DNA from: an uncultured Candidatus Rokubacteria bacterium
GTDB taxonomy: Bacteria > Methylomirabilota > Methylomirabilia > Rokubacteriales > CSP1-6
Assembly: GCA_963747235.1 (NCBI GenBank)
Contig: CAVVEU010000002.1
Span: forward strand, 1-64,000
Length of the DNA stretch: 64,000 nucleotides
Direction: 5' to 3'
Shown here: in pieces, positions 31,842 through 42,231 of the stretch
How the letters are laid out: every line of letters starts with the position of its first letter
How positions within the stretch are numbered: the stretch's first letter is position 1
Notes under the pieces: model-generated
The model's database searches: none
The model's input: only the letters and a program-made list of their open reading frames with translations
What the model was told of the DNA's origin: nothing
Translations under genes and position numbers: made by a program

Positions 31842-32972
31842 ATGATCACGGTTCCCGCGCACCGCGTGAAACAGTTCGGGGTGGAGTTCTTCCAGGCGTC
31901 GTTCTCGGCCAAGGACATCGACCGGCTGGTGAAGTTCGAGGTCCTGGGCTACAGCGGGGCCGAGGAGCCACCGAAGGGGAAGCAGCGCGCCAACCGGGCG
32001 CGGGTGAACTGGGAGGCGCTCGAGAAGCGAATCGGCGAGAGCGAGACCGCCTACCAGCGCCCGGTCATCCGCCGGAAGATCGACGAGCTCGTGGCCTACT
32101 ACCGCGACTGCAAGGACGCGGGCACCCTGCCCGCCATTCCCGGCGCGGTGATCATCACCTCCGAGAAGCGCTTCACCTTCACGCCGATGGCGAGCCAGCA
32201 CGACCTGGGCCTGCTCCAGATCCCGGAGGAGCACGGCGTGCTGCGCGTGCTGGATGGCCAGCACCGGCTGCTCGCGCTGCACGCGCTGACCCAGGCGGGC
32301 GAGAATCTCGGCATCGAGGTGCCCGCGGTGCTCTTCGACCGGCTGGACGCGCGCCAGATCGTCGAGCTGTTCGTCACGATCAACGCCAAGCACACGCGGC
32401 TCAATCCCTCGCACATCGTGAGCCTCGCCGGGCGCAAGCTCTACCCGGATCCCAACCAGGCGCTCGCCCACGACGTGATCCGCTCGCTGAACGAGGACGA
32501 GACCTCCCCGCTCTCGGGCGACATCAAGATGCTCGGCACCGGCCGCGGGCGCGTCTCGCAGGCCCCGCTCGCCGAGGAGATCGTGGACTTCCTCGACGCG
32601 GTCGAGAAGATCGGCGGCGGCGCGCGCATGAACGAGGTGCGCCACCACGCCAAGCGCTTCTTCCTGAACTACATGAAGGCGGTGGCGGGCGTGTTCCCGA
32701 CCGCGTGGGCCGGGCGCAAGTACTCCATCAAGACCGGCGCGGCGCTGCGCGCCTTCATCCGCGTGGCCCCCGACGTCATGGCCCGCGCCCGCGAGCTCAA
32801 GCGTGACGCCTTCGACTTCCACGCCATCCGCGAGGCGGTGAAGCCCTGGAGCGACCGCCTCAAGGACCGCCGCTTCGAGACCGAGGGCGAGTGGAAGAAC
32901 AAGCTGCAGGGCGGGACGCGGGGGACGGTGGAGGCGCTGACGCGGGAGCTGCGCGAGGCACTGCGCAACTAG
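31842..32972 (+). CDS. DGQHR domain protein (DndB-like, ParB/Srx-related fold)
   Basis: YQR motif, IPGAVII, VLDGQHRL, LFVTIN. Confidence 0.88.
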   Translation: MITVPAHRVKQFGVEFFQASFSAKDIDRLVKFEVLGYSGAEEPPKGKQRANRARVNWEALEKRIGESETAYQRPVIRRKIDELVAYYRDCKDAGTLPAIPGAVIITSEKRFTFTPMASQHDLGLLQIPEEHGVLRVLDGQHRLLALHALTQAGENLGIEVPAVLFDRLDARQIVELFVTINAKHTRLNPSHIVSLAGRKLYPDPNQALAHDVIRSLNEDETSPLSGDIKMLGTGRGRVSQAPLAEEIVDFLDAVEKIGGGARMNEVRHHAKRFFLNYMKAVAGVFPTAWAGRKYSIKTGAALRAFIRVAPDVMARARELKRDAFDFHAIREAVKPWSDRLKDRRFETEGEWKNKLQGGTRGTVEALTRELREALRN

Positions 32973-32975
32973 CTT

Positions 32976-33455
32976 CTAAAGCTTCAAAGGGAAGTTTGCC
33001 GCAAGAATGTCGAAGGTTTTCTGACCCGCGGGAAGCGTGGCGGTGACGGTGTCGCCGACTTTCTTGCCGATGATGGTGCGGGCGAGCGGGGACATGATCG
33101 AGATCAGCCCGCGCTTGGGATCCGCCTCGTCCGAGCCCACGATCTGGTAGATCGCCTCCTTGCCGTCCTCGTCCTCGAGGCGCACCGTGGAGCCGAAGGT
33201 CACCCGGTCCCCGGAGGTCGGCGGCTCGATCACCTCGGCGGTGCTGACCTTGCTCTCCAGATCGGAGATGCGCGCCTCGACGAAGCCCTGCCGCTCGCGC
33301 GCCGCGTGGTACTCCGCGTTCTCGCTGAGGTCGCCGTGGGCCCGCGCCTCCGCGATGGCCCGCACGATGTTGGGGCGCTCCTTCTTGAGCCGCTCCACTT
33401 CCTCCCGCAGGCGCTCGTAGCCCGGGCGCGTCATCGGCGTGCGCTGGACGCTCAT
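32976..33455 (-). CDS. greA: Transcription elongation factor GreA
   Basis: [31 protein letters not shown]. Confidence 0.95.
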   Translation of the reverse strand: MSVQRTPMTRPGYERLREEVERLKKERPNIVRAIAEARAHGDLSENAEYHAARERQGFVEARISDLESKVSTAEVIEPPTSGDRVTFGSTVRLEDEDGKEAIYQIVGSDEADPKRGLISIMSPLARTIIGKKVGDTVTATLPAGQKTFDILAANFPLKL

Positions 33456-34018
33456 GAGCCGGTCCATGCGCCGATCACCTCGGCGGTCCGCTTCACCTCG
33501 GCGAGGAAGCCGTTGAGGCTGCCCAGGTGCGTGCGGTGGACCTGATCGTGGGGGATGACCGCGCCGTCGGGCCCCTTGACGTCCATGGCCGCGGTGGCGT
33601 CGGAGAGCAGCGTCACCTTGAAGCCGCGATGCGCCGCTTCCCGCGCGGTGGTGTCGCAGCACATCTGGGTCATGAACCCGGAGACGATCACCCGCTCGAT
33701 GCCGAGATCCCGCAGCGCCGACTCGAGCGACGTGTTCGTGAACGAGCCCGGCAGGTGCTTGGTGATCACCGGCTCGCCCGCCACGGGCGCCACCGCGTCG
33801 TGGATCGCGAGCGCGGGGCTACCCGGCACGAAGGTGGCGGCGCCGGGCCGCTGGCTCTCGTGCACGATGTGGAAGACCGGCATCCGGCTCGCGCGCGCCC
33901 ACCGCAGGGTCTCCGCGATGCGCGCCACCGCCTTGGGCCCGTCCGGCAGCACCACCTTGCCGATCGGGGCGAAGTACTCCTGCTGGGCGTCGATGATGAG
34001 GAGCGCGGTCCTGTCCAT
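33452..34018 (-). CDS. Isochorismatase-like cysteine hydrolase
   Basis: [27 protein letters not shown]. Confidence 0.88.
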   Translation of the reverse strand: MDRTALLIIDAQQEYFAPIGKVVLPDGPKAVARIAETLRWARASRMPVFHIVHESQRPGAATFVPGSPALAIHDAVAPVAGEPVITKHLPGSFTNTSLESALRDLGIERVIVSGFMTQMCCDTTAREAAHRGFKVTLLSDATAAMDVKGPDGAVIPHDQVHRTHLGSLNGFLAEVKRTAEVIGAWTGS

Positions 34019-34035
34019 CGCGGGGCCCTGGTCGC

Positions 34036-35952
34036 TCAGCGGGTGAGGGTGGCGGGCTGACCGCCGACCTGCACCTTCGAATCCGCGAGGCGGCCCCGGA
34101 TCCAGTTGTCCCACGCGAGCCCGCGCTTCTGCTCGAGCACCTGCTTCTCCAGCTCCGGGCGCTCCTTCTCGAGGCCGTCGGGGGCGGCCGCCGCGCGCTC
34201 CAGCGTCTTGACCACGTAGACGCCCCCGTCGGCGCGCACCGGCTCCGCGACCTGGCCCGCGGGGGTCTGCAGCGCGGCCACGAGCACGCCCCCGGGCAGG
34301 CTGCCCCGCTCCTTCGGCGGATCCGAGCGCGAGAACATCGGGATGCTCCCGGTGCTGAAGCCGTCGGCCTTGGCGGCGGCCGCGAAATCGCCGCCCTTGC
34401 CCAGCGCGGTGACCAGGGCCTTCGCCTTGTCGGTCACCTGCTGCTCGGCGCGCTCGCGCTTGATGGCTTCCACCACGCGGTCCCGGATGTCGGCCACCGG
34501 CGGCACTCCGGCCGGGATCTGCTGCACGATCTTGACGATCGCGACGCCGCCCGCGGTCTTGATCGGCGTGGAGACGCCGCCGACCGTGAGGCCGAAGAGG
34601 GTCTCGTCGAGCTGCGGATCGCGGCCCGCCTCGCCGAGCGCGTCGCCGCGGCCGAAGGTGGCCTCCTGGGCTTCGAGCCCGAGACGCTTGGCCTCGGCGG
34701 GGAAGTCCTTGGCCGAGAGCAGCGTGGCCCGCACCTCGTCGGCCCGGGTCTGCGCGGCCTGCTCGCTCTTCTGCCCGGTGAGCGTCTCCTTGATCTTGGG
34801 GGCGACGTCCTTGAGCGGGATCTTGCCGCCCTCCTTCACGTCGAGCACGCGGATCGCGTGATAGCCGAAGGGGGTGCGGACCGGGGCCGAGATCTCGCCC
34901 TTCTTGAGCGCGAAGGCGGCCTGCTCGAAGGGCGCCACCAGCTCGCCGGGTCCCACGAAGCCCAGGTCGCCGCCCTGGACCGCGCTGGCCTTGTCCTCGG
35001 AGAGCTCGCGGGCGAGCTTGGCGAAGTCCTCGCCACCCTTCGCGCGCTTGATGACGTCCTCCACCTTGGCCTTCGCCGCGTTCTCCGCGTCGCTGCCACC
35101 CACCGGCGGCACCCGCACGAGCACGTGGGCCACCCGCAGGCGCTTCGGCTCGTCGAATTCGGCGGCGTGCTCCTTGTAATAGGCCTCCACCTCCGCGTCC
35201 GACACGGTGACCGCGAGCTTCTTGGGGTTGAGGATCACGTACTGCAGCTTCCGCCGCTCGGGCTGGCTGAACTGCGGCTGGTGCGCCTTCACGTAGGGCT
35301 CGAGGTCCGCGTCGGCCACCTGCACCGCGGCCATCACCGGCTTCACGTCCGCGTAGGCCCACGCGGCGCGCACGCGCTCGTGCCGCTGGCGGTAGGCCTG
35401 CTGGACCTCCTCGTCGGACACCTTCACGCCCTGCTTGATCAGGCCCTCCATCTTGCGGCGCACGAGCTGCCGGCGGACCTCGTTCTCGAACTCGCCCGGA
35501 TCGAGCCGGAGCTGCTTCAGCACCTTGATGTACTCGTCGCGCGAGAAGCGCCCGGCTTCCTGGAACTCGCGGATCTGCTGGATGGTGGTGCGGAGCTCGT
35601 CGTCGCTCACGAGCACGCCTTCCTTGGCCGCGCCCTGGATCACCACCGCCTCGGTGACGAGCTCGTTGACCACCTGCTGCGAGAGGCCGAGCCGCTCCGC
35701 GAGCTCGGGGGTGAGGCGCTGGCGGGACATCCGCTCGTAGGCCGCGATGATGTTGGCCTGGGCGCGCCGGAACCGCTCGAACGGGATCTCCTCGCCGTTG
35801 ACCACCGCCACCGTGTTGGCCGGGGCGCCGCCGGAGGGGCCGCTGCCCCAGTAGAAGAGCACGCCCGAGGTCAGGATGAAGACCACGACGACGATCAGGA
35901 GCACGATCTTCAGGCTCCTGGCGTATTCACGCATCATGCTGATCACTGCCAC
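34036..35952 (-). CDS. PpiD/SurA-like membrane-anchored parvulin chaperone
   Basis: N-terminal TM, VAVVNGEEI, HVLV..FAKLARELSED..GGDLG..PVRTPFGYH; AGGAGG RBS. Confidence 0.9.
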   Translation of the reverse strand: MAVISMMREYARSLKIVLLIVVVVFILTSGVLFYWGSGPSGGAPANTVAVVNGEEIPFERFRRAQANIIAAYERMSRQRLTPELAERLGLSQQVVNELVTEAVVIQGAAKEGVLVSDDELRTTIQQIREFQEAGRFSRDEYIKVLKQLRLDPGEFENEVRRQLVRRKMEGLIKQGVKVSDEEVQQAYRQRHERVRAAWAYADVKPVMAAVQVADADLEPYVKAHQPQFSQPERRKLQYVILNPKKLAVTVSDAEVEAYYKEHAAEFDEPKRLRVAHVLVRVPPVGGSDAENAAKAKVEDVIKRAKGGEDFAKLARELSEDKASAVQGGDLGFVGPGELVAPFEQAAFALKKGEISAPVRTPFGYHAIRVLDVKEGGKIPLKDVAPKIKETLTGQKSEQAAQTRADEVRATLLSAKDFPAEAKRLGLEAQEATFGRGDALGEAGRDPQLDETLFGLTVGGVSTPIKTAGGVAIVKIVQQIPAGVPPVADIRDRVVEAIKRERAEQQVTDKAKALVTALGKGGDFAAAAKADGFSTGSIPMFSRSDPPKERGSLPGGVLVAALQTPAGQVAEPVRADGGVYVVKTLERAAAAPDGLEKERPELEKQVLEQKRGLAWDNWIRGRLADSKVQVGGQPATLTR

Positions 35953-35958
35953 GACCTC

Positions 35959-35994
35959 CTAGAACTTGGGCTAGAACTTTGGCTAGAAATTGGT
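35959..35994. repeat. Three tandem 12-bp direct repeats (CTAGAAmTTkGk)
   Basis: CTAGAACTTGGG / CTAGAACTTTGG / CTAGAAATTGGT abutting the RBS of the PpiD-like gene. Confidence 0.75.
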
Positions 35995-36047
35995 GAACGC
36001 GGTCAAGGCCTTAGCCTACCACAGCCCGCCCCGCGTCCCGGCCGGCC

Positions 36048-37434
36048 TCAGCCGGCGAGCAGGCGCTGGATCAGGGGCAGGGCGAAGTAGATCACGAAGG
36101 CGAGCGCCGCCGCGTACATCATCGGCGCCACCTCGCGCCCGCGGCCGCGGACGAGCTTGATGAAGCAGTAGCTCACGAAGCCGGCCCCGATCCCGTTGGT
36201 GATCGAGTAGGTGAACGCCATCATGGTCAGGGTCAGGAGGGCCGGGAACCCCTCCTCGAAGTCGTCGAAGGGGATCTCGCGCACGAGGCGGCTCATCAGG
36301 TAGCCGACCACGATGAGGGCCGGCGCGGTGGCCTGGGCCGGGACGACGCCGGCCAGCGGCGCGAAGAAGAGCGCGAGGAGGAAGCAGGCGCCGGTCACCA
36401 CCGAGGCCAGCCCGGTGCGCGCGCCCGCGGCCACGCCGGCCGCCGACTCGATGTAGGTCGTGGCGGACGACGCGCCCGCCGCGCCGCCCGCCACCGCGCC
36501 CAGCGAGTCCACCAGCAGCACGCGATTGAGCCGCGGCAGGCGGCCGTCCGGCGTGAGCCAGCCCGCCTCGCCGCCGATCCCGATCACGGTGCCCATGGTG
36601 TCGAAGAAGTCCGAGAGCATCAGCGAGAAGATCGTGACCAGCGCGGTGATGAGCCCGAGCCGGACGAAGACCGAGAAATCGAAGCCGGCGCCCAGGCTCG
36701 AGAAGTCGGGCAGCGCCACCAGCGCCGTCGGCCACACCGCCTGCCCGGGCAGCGGGAAGGCGCGGCCGACCGTGGCGGTGTTGACCGCGATGGCGAGAAC
36801 GGTGGTCACCAGGATGCCGACCAGGAGCGCCCCGGTGAACTTTCTCGCGGTCAGCCAGACGGTCAGCAGCAGGCCGAAGAGCGCCACCGCCACCGGGGCG
36901 GCGGTGAGATCGCCCAGCGTGACCGGCACGCCCGGCGGGCCCGGCTTCACGATGCCGGCCGCGCCGAGCCCGATGAAGAGGATGAACAGCCCGATGCCCA
37001 CGCCGATGGCGCGCTTCAGCGTCGCGCGGGATCGCGTGCATGATCGCCTCGCGGAAGCCGGTGAGCACCAGCACCGTGATCGCGAGCCCCTCCAGCAGCA
37101 CCACGCCCATCGCGGCCGTCCAGGGCAGCTTGAGCGTGGCCACGAGCTGGAAGGCGACCACCGCGTTGATGCCCATGCCCGAGGCGATCGCCAGCGGGTA
37201 ATTGGTGGCCAACCCCATGGCAATGGTCAGCGCGCCCGCCACGAGGCAGGTGGCGGCCTGGGTGGCCGCGAACGCCGGGCCCTGGCCGGCCAGGGGCGGG
37301 ATGCCCGCGAACGAGAGGATCGCGGGATTCACGAAGATGATGTAGGCCATCACCATGAAGGTGGTGAGGCCGCCGCGGATCTCGCCGCCCACCGTCGCGC
37401 GGCGCCGGCTCAGCTCGAACCAGCGCTCGAGCAC
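36048..37434 (-). CDS. NCS2/AzgA-type purine permease (frameshift near 37030)
   Basis: GLTTFMVMAYIIFVNPAIL, DFFDTMGT, TTYIESAAGV, GARTGL. Confidence 0.9.
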
Positions 37435-37437
37435 CGG

Positions 37438-38267
37438 TCAGTCGCTTTCCGGGTCCGCCACCCGCGGGAGGGCGACACCCTCTTCCGGCACCACGCGCCG
37501 GGCCACCGTGAGGAACCCGGTGTGCGCGACCATCCGGTGGAACGGACGCACCGACGTGCCGTCGATGTTCCACGGCCGCAGCAGCGTCTCGAACGTCTCC
37601 ACGAGCGCGTAGCCGCGGTTGCGGCGGAGCGTCTCGGTGAGCGTGTGCGACTGGATGATCGTCGGCAGGTAGGAGAGGAAGATCCCGCCGGGCCGCAGCA
37701 CGGTCGCCACCAGGTCCACGAGCTTCCAGGGCTCCGGCAGGTCGAAGACGGCGCGATCCACCGGCTCTTCCTCGGGGAGGCCATCCTCGACCGGGCGGAT
37801 GCGCACGTTCAGGTTGCCGACCTCGCCCATGCGCATGTGGATGTTGGCCAGGGCGCGGCGGCAGAAATCCTCGCGCTGCTCGTAGCTCACCACGCGGCCC
37901 TCGGGCCCACCGCGCGCAGCAGCGCGAGCGTGAGCGCGCCCGAGCCCATGCCGGCCTCGAGCACGCGGGCGCCCGGGAAGATGTCGGCCCAGAACATGAC
38001 CATCGCCAGGTCCTTGGGATAGATCACCTGGGCGCCGCGCGGCATGTCGAGCACGTACTCGGCCAGCGTGGGACGCAGCGCGAGATACCGCGTGCCCTTG
38101 GAGGTGCGCACCCAGGAGCCGTCGGGGTGCCCGATGATGGCCTCGTGGGTCACCCAGCCCCGGTCGGAGTGGTAGGTGTCGCCCGTGCGCAGCAGCAGCA
38201 GATGCCGCCGACCACGCTGGTCGATCAGCAGGACCTGCTCGCCGTCCTGGAACTTATCCGACGCCAC
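37438..38267 (-). CDS. trmI: tRNA (adenine-58 N1)-methyltransferase (frameshift near 37905)
   Basis: MPRGAQVIYPKD, VLEAGMGSGALT, DLPEPW, RMVAHTGFL. Confidence 0.9.
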
Positions 38268-39483
38268 CGGTCTTGGGATCCGGGAGGAACAGGGCGACCA
38301 GGAAACCGGCCAGCGGCATGACCGCGGAGATGCCGAGGGCCGCCGTGAGCCCCCAGTGATCGGCCACCCACCCGAGCGCGCTCGCGCCGACGCCGCCCGC
38401 GCCGATCGCGAAGCCGACGATGAGTCCGGAGGCCATGCCCGGATGCTTGGGCAGATAGGCCTGGCCGAGCACCACCGACACCGTGAAGGTCGACACGAGC
38501 ACGAAGCCCAGCAGGCCCAGGAGCACGAACACGAGCGGGCCGCCGGTCACGAACAGGAAGCCCACCGCGAGCGGGGTGGCGAGCAGGAACACGCTGACCA
38601 CGTAGCGTCGCACGCCGACCCGATCCGCGATGGGTCCGGCCGCGAGCGTGCCGACGACGCCCGCGCCCAGGAACACCGCGAGCAGGGTGCCGACCAGCCG
38701 CGGGTCGCCGTGCAGCACGTCCTTCCAGTAGAACGGCATGAACGTCGTGAAGCCGAGCTGCGTCCACGAGCGGATCGCGACCACCAGGATCAGCAGGCTC
38801 ATCGCGCCGACCATGGTCTGGGCGCCCGCCGCGCTCGCGCGGTCGCGGGCCACCGTGGGCGCGGGCGCGGACAGCCGCGGCAGCACCGCGGTGAGCAATG
38901 CGGCCACGAGGAGTCCCGGGATCAGCATGCCGAGGCTGCCGGGCAGGCCGTAGGTGGTGAGCAGCACCGTGAGCAGCGGCGGGCCCAGCGCGATGCCGAT
39001 ATTGCCGCCGGTGGAGAAGATCGAGACCCCGGTGGCCTTGCGATCGCCCGCCACCGCGGTGGCGGTGCGGTAGCCCTCCGGATGGTAGGCGGCGACGCCG
39101 AAGCCGGTGATCACCACCAGCGCGAGCACGGCGCCGTAGGACGGCGCCAGCCCGAGAAAGCCCAGGCCTATCGCGGAGAGGAGCACCGAGATCGGCAGCA
39201 GCCAGCGCCGCGCCGTCTTGTCGGCCAGGTAGCCGAAGAGCGGCTGGATCAGCGACGAGGTGATGTTCGCGGCCAGGACGATCAGGCCGGTGGCCGCGTA
39301 CGAGAGATTGAGCGCGTCCTTGAGGAACGGCAGGATGACCGGGAACGAGCCCTGGTTGATGTCGATGACCATGTGGCCCAGGGCCAGGAAGCCGAGCAGC
39401 CGCATGTCCGGCTTCACGCGCGCGGCGGGAGCGCGCCCGGGGCGGGCAGGGCAACGGCCGCGGCACGACGAGTCAGGAGTCAT
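38254..39483 (-). CDS. MFS transporter (Fsr-like); start uncertain
   Basis: QPLFGYLADK, YHPEG, GPIADRVG; about 12 TM. Confidence 0.88.
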   Translation of the reverse strand: MTPDSSCRGRCPARPGRAPAARVKPDMRLLGFLALGHMVIDINQGSFPVILPFLKDALNLSYAATGLIVLAANITSSLIQPLFGYLADKTARRWLLPISVLLSAIGLGFLGLAPSYGAVLALVVITGFGVAAYHPEGYRTATAVAGDRKATGVSIFSTGGNIGIALGPPLLTVLLTTYGLPGSLGMLIPGLLVAALLTAVLPRLSAPAPTVARDRASAAGAQTMVGAMSLLILVVAIRSWTQLGFTTFMPFYWKDVLHGDPRLVGTLLAVFLGAGVVGTLAAGPIADRVGVRRYVVSVFLLATPLAVGFLFVTGGPLVFVLLGLLGFVLVSTFTVSVVLGQAYLPKHPGMASGLIVGFAIGAGGVGASALGWVADHWGLTAALGISAVMPLAGFLVALFLPDPKTGGVG

Positions 39484-39509
39484 AGGGCCCTATGCTACAC
39501 CAGGCTGCG

Positions 39510-39595
39510 CCCCTCACCCTGCCCTCTCCCCTCAGGGGAGAGGGTGGCCACGCGCGACTCCCTCTCCCCGCTGGGGAGAGGGCCGGGGTAAGGGG
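39510..39595. repeat. REP-like element, head-to-head doublet
   Basis: 39510-39544 identical to 9868-9902; an inverted variant at 39560-39595. Confidence 0.85.
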
Positions 39596-39599
39596 TGAT

Positions 39600-40775
39600 C
39601 TAGATACCGAAGGCGTCGAGGCCCGTGATGTCGCGGCCCACGATCAGGGTGTGGATGTCGTGGGTGCCCTCGTAGGTGTTCACGGTCTCCAGATTCATCA
39701 TGTGCCGGATGATCGGGTGCTCGTCCACGATGCCGGCCGCGCCCAGGATGTCCCGCGCGAGCCGCGCGCCGTCGAGCGCCATCTGCACGTTGTTCATCTT
39801 GGCCATCGAGATCTGCTGCGGCCGCACCCGGCCCGCGTCCTTGAGCTGGCCGAGCCGGAGGCAGAGGAGCTGGGCCTTGGTGATCTCGGTGATCATCCAC
39901 ACGAGCTTCTGCTGCACGAGCTGGAACGAGCCGATCGGCTTGTTGAACTGGATGCGCTGCTGGGAGTACTGGAGCGACCAGTCGTAGCAGGCCATCGCGG
40001 CGCCGATGGCGCCCCACGCGATGCCGTAGCGCGCCTGGGAGAGGCAGGAGAGCGGGCCCTTGAGCCCCTTCACCCCGGGCAGCTTGTTCTCCAGCGGGAT
40101 GCGGCAGTCCGCGAAGGCCAGCTCGGAGGTGATGGACGCGCGCATCGAGAACTTCCCGTGGATGTCCATCGTGCTGTAGCCCGGCGTGCCCTTCTCCACC
40201 AGATAGCCGCCGATCTCGCCGTCGTCGCCCTTGGCCCACACCACCGCCACGTCGGACACCGAGCCGTTGGTGATCCAGAGCTTGGTGCCGTTCAGCACGT
40301 ACTCGTTGCCCTTCTTCTGGGCGCGCGTCTTCATCCCGCCCGGGTCGGAGCCGTGGTCGGGCTCGGTGAGGCCGAAGCAGCCGAGCGCGGCGCCGGACTG
40401 CAGCCGCGGCAGCCACTTCTCCTTCTGCGCGTCGGAGCCGTAGCTGTAGATCGGGTACATGACGAGGCCGCTCTGCACCGAGGCGAAGGACCGCAGGCCC
40501 GAATCGCCGCGCTCCAGCTCCTGCATGATGAGCCCGTAGGCCACGTTGTCGAGGCCGGCGCAGCCGTAGCCCTTGAGCGTGGCGCCGAACACGCCCATCT
40601 CGCCCAGGTCCTTCGCGAGCTCCAGGGGGAAGGTGCCGTCGCGGTGGTGCTGGCTCACGATGGGGAGGAACTTCGCCTCGACCCAGTCGCGGACCGCGTC
40701 GCGCATCATGCGCTGCTCTTCGGTCAGGAGCTCGTCGAACCCGTAGTAGTCCACGCCGCGGAACTTTTCCATCAC
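39600..40775 (-). CDS. Acyl-CoA dehydrogenase, glutaryl-CoA dehydrogenase-like
   Basis: ELERGDSGLRSFASVQSGLVM, CFGLTEPDHGSDP, NTYEGTHDIH. Confidence 0.9.
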   Translation of the reverse strand: MMEKFRGVDYYGFDELLTEEQRMMRDAVRDWVEAKFLPIVSQHHRDGTFPLELAKDLGEMGVFGATLKGYGCAGLDNVAYGLIMQELERGDSGLRSFASVQSGLVMYPIYSYGSDAQKEKWLPRLQSGAALGCFGLTEPDHGSDPGGMKTRAQKKGNEYVLNGTKLWITNGSVSDVAVVWAKGDDGEIGGYLVEKGTPGYSTMDIHGKFSMRASITSELAFADCRIPLENKLPGVKGLKGPLSCLSQARYGIAWGAIGAAMACYDWSLQYSQQRIQFNKPIGSFQLVQQKLVWMITEITKAQLLCLRLGQLKDAGRVRPQQISMAKMNNVQMALDGARLARDILGAAGIVDEHPIIRHMMNLETVNTYEGTHDIHTLIVGRDITGLDAFGI

Positions 40776-40797
40776 GCTGTCCTTGCTCGATCTGGAG

Positions 40798-42201
40798 TTA
40801 AAGGTTGGTGGGGTGCGCGGGGCGGTCCTCGCCGAGCGCCTCGTTCAGCGCGCGGGCGAGCTGCTGATCGTGCTCGTGGCTCATCGCGAAGATCCGGCAC
40901 TGGGCCACCTTGCCGGGCAGGTACTTCAGCAGCTCCTTGAGCGGCTCGGCCGACACGCTGCGGTCCGCCGCGTCGTACACGTAGATCTGCCGGTCCTTCA
41001 TGCCGATCGGGTTCAGCGGGCGCGGATCCTGCTGGGCCATGTCGATCTTGAACGGGAAGTTGCGGAGCCCGGGCGGCAGGAGGTCCTTCACCCGCTGCTC
41101 GACCTCCTCCGCCTTCATGAAGCTCTGCCCGCGGCGCGGCTCGAAGAGATCGAGGACCACCTCGTGGGACATCCGCCACTTGAGCCGGCGGTCGAGGATC
41201 TGCCGCCACTCCCGGCCGAGATCGCGGCGCTCCCCGTCGTCGGAGTGCTCCCAGCGCGCGACCTCCTCGAGCAGCGTCCACTCCGTCATGTTGAGATACG
41301 GCTGGAGCTCCTTGTTGAGGTCGTGGGGGAAGATCAGCCGCATGGTGTCGCGGAAGATGTCCTTGAGGTGCAGGTCGATGCCGCGCGTCGTCCGGTGGTA
41401 GTAGACGTTGGTGTAGAGGTAGAACCGCGCGTTCAGGAACATGATGAACGCCTGGATGCCGCCGCGATCGAGCGTGAGCCCCTTCTCGCTGAAGAAGGAG
41501 TAGTACATGATGCGCTCGATGTCGATCGGCCCCACCGCGACCCCGCACATGTAGGAGTCGCGCAGCACGTAGTCCATGTTGTCGGCGGTGTAGATGCCCG
41601 AGAGCAGCGGCTTGAGATGCGCGAGCCAGCGCGGGTGCTCGGCGGTGGGAAACGTGTAGCTCTTGCCCATCAGGTAGCAGATCCACTCCGGGTCGATGCG
41701 CTCGCCGTTCTCGAAGGGGCCCGACGGGCTGCGCCGGAGCCCGCGGATCAGCTCGCCCAGCTCTTCTCTGATGATGCGTTGCCCCACCTTCTCGTGGGTG
41801 AGGTCGAAGTCGGCCAGGAAATTATCGTCGAAGAAGTGGCCGAAGGGGCCGTGGCCCACGTCGTGGAGCAGGCCCGCCATGCGGAGCAGCTCCTCGAAGA
41901 GCGGCGCCGACGGGCCGTCGGAGAACTCGGCCTTGAGCGAGGCGTGGAGCTGCTGGGCGAAGCGCCCGGCCAGGTGCATCGCGCCCAGCGAGTGCTGGAA
42001 GCGGCTGTGCTCGGCGGCCGGGAACACCCAGCGCGCGGACTGCAGCTGCGGCACCCGCCGCAGGCGCTGCATCCAGGCCGAGTCGATGAGGTCCTGCTCG
42101 GTGGCTTCCCCGGGCACCCCGTCGGGCCGCGTGTAGAGGATGTACTGGTGAATCGGGTCGGCGATGAGACCACGACCCTGGTAGGTGTCCACGCCCTTCA
42201 T
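40798..42201 (-). CDS. HD-domain phosphohydrolase (SAMHD1/dNTPase-like)
   Basis: DPIH, QRLRRVPQL, HSRFQHSLG, LLHDVGHGPF, DNMDYVLRD, VYYHRT. Confidence 0.9.
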   Translation of the reverse strand: MKGVDTYQGRGLIADPIHQYILYTRPDGVPGEATEQDLIDSAWMQRLRRVPQLQSARWVFPAAEHSRFQHSLGAMHLAGRFAQQLHASLKAEFSDGPSAPLFEELLRMAGLLHDVGHGPFGHFFDDNFLADFDLTHEKVGQRIIREELGELIRGLRRSPSGPFENGERIDPEWICYLMGKSYTFPTAEHPRWLAHLKPLLSGIYTADNMDYVLRDSYMCGVAVGPIDIERIMYYSFFSEKGLTLDRGGIQAFIMFLNARFYLYTNVYYHRTTRGIDLHLKDIFRDTMRLIFPHDLNKELQPYLNMTEWTLLEEVARWEHSDDGERRDLGREWRQILDRRLKWRMSHEVVLDLFEPRRGQSFMKAEEVEQRVKDLLPPGLRNFPFKIDMAQQDPRPLNPIGMKDRQIYVYDAADRSVSAEPLKELLKYLPGKVAQCRIFAMSHEHDQQLARALNEALGEDRPAHPTNL

Positions 42202-42231
42202 GGCTAGAGCCTAACCTACTTGGAGCCCAAC

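Noticed and set aside
31842-32972. Dnd phosphorothioation or Pbe defence system
   Set aside because: Only the DGQHR gene is present; no dndC, dndD, dndE or pbe partners in the window
40798-42201. Anti-phage dNTPase island
   Set aside because: The HD protein sits in a housekeeping-like run with ordinary composition and no other defence genes
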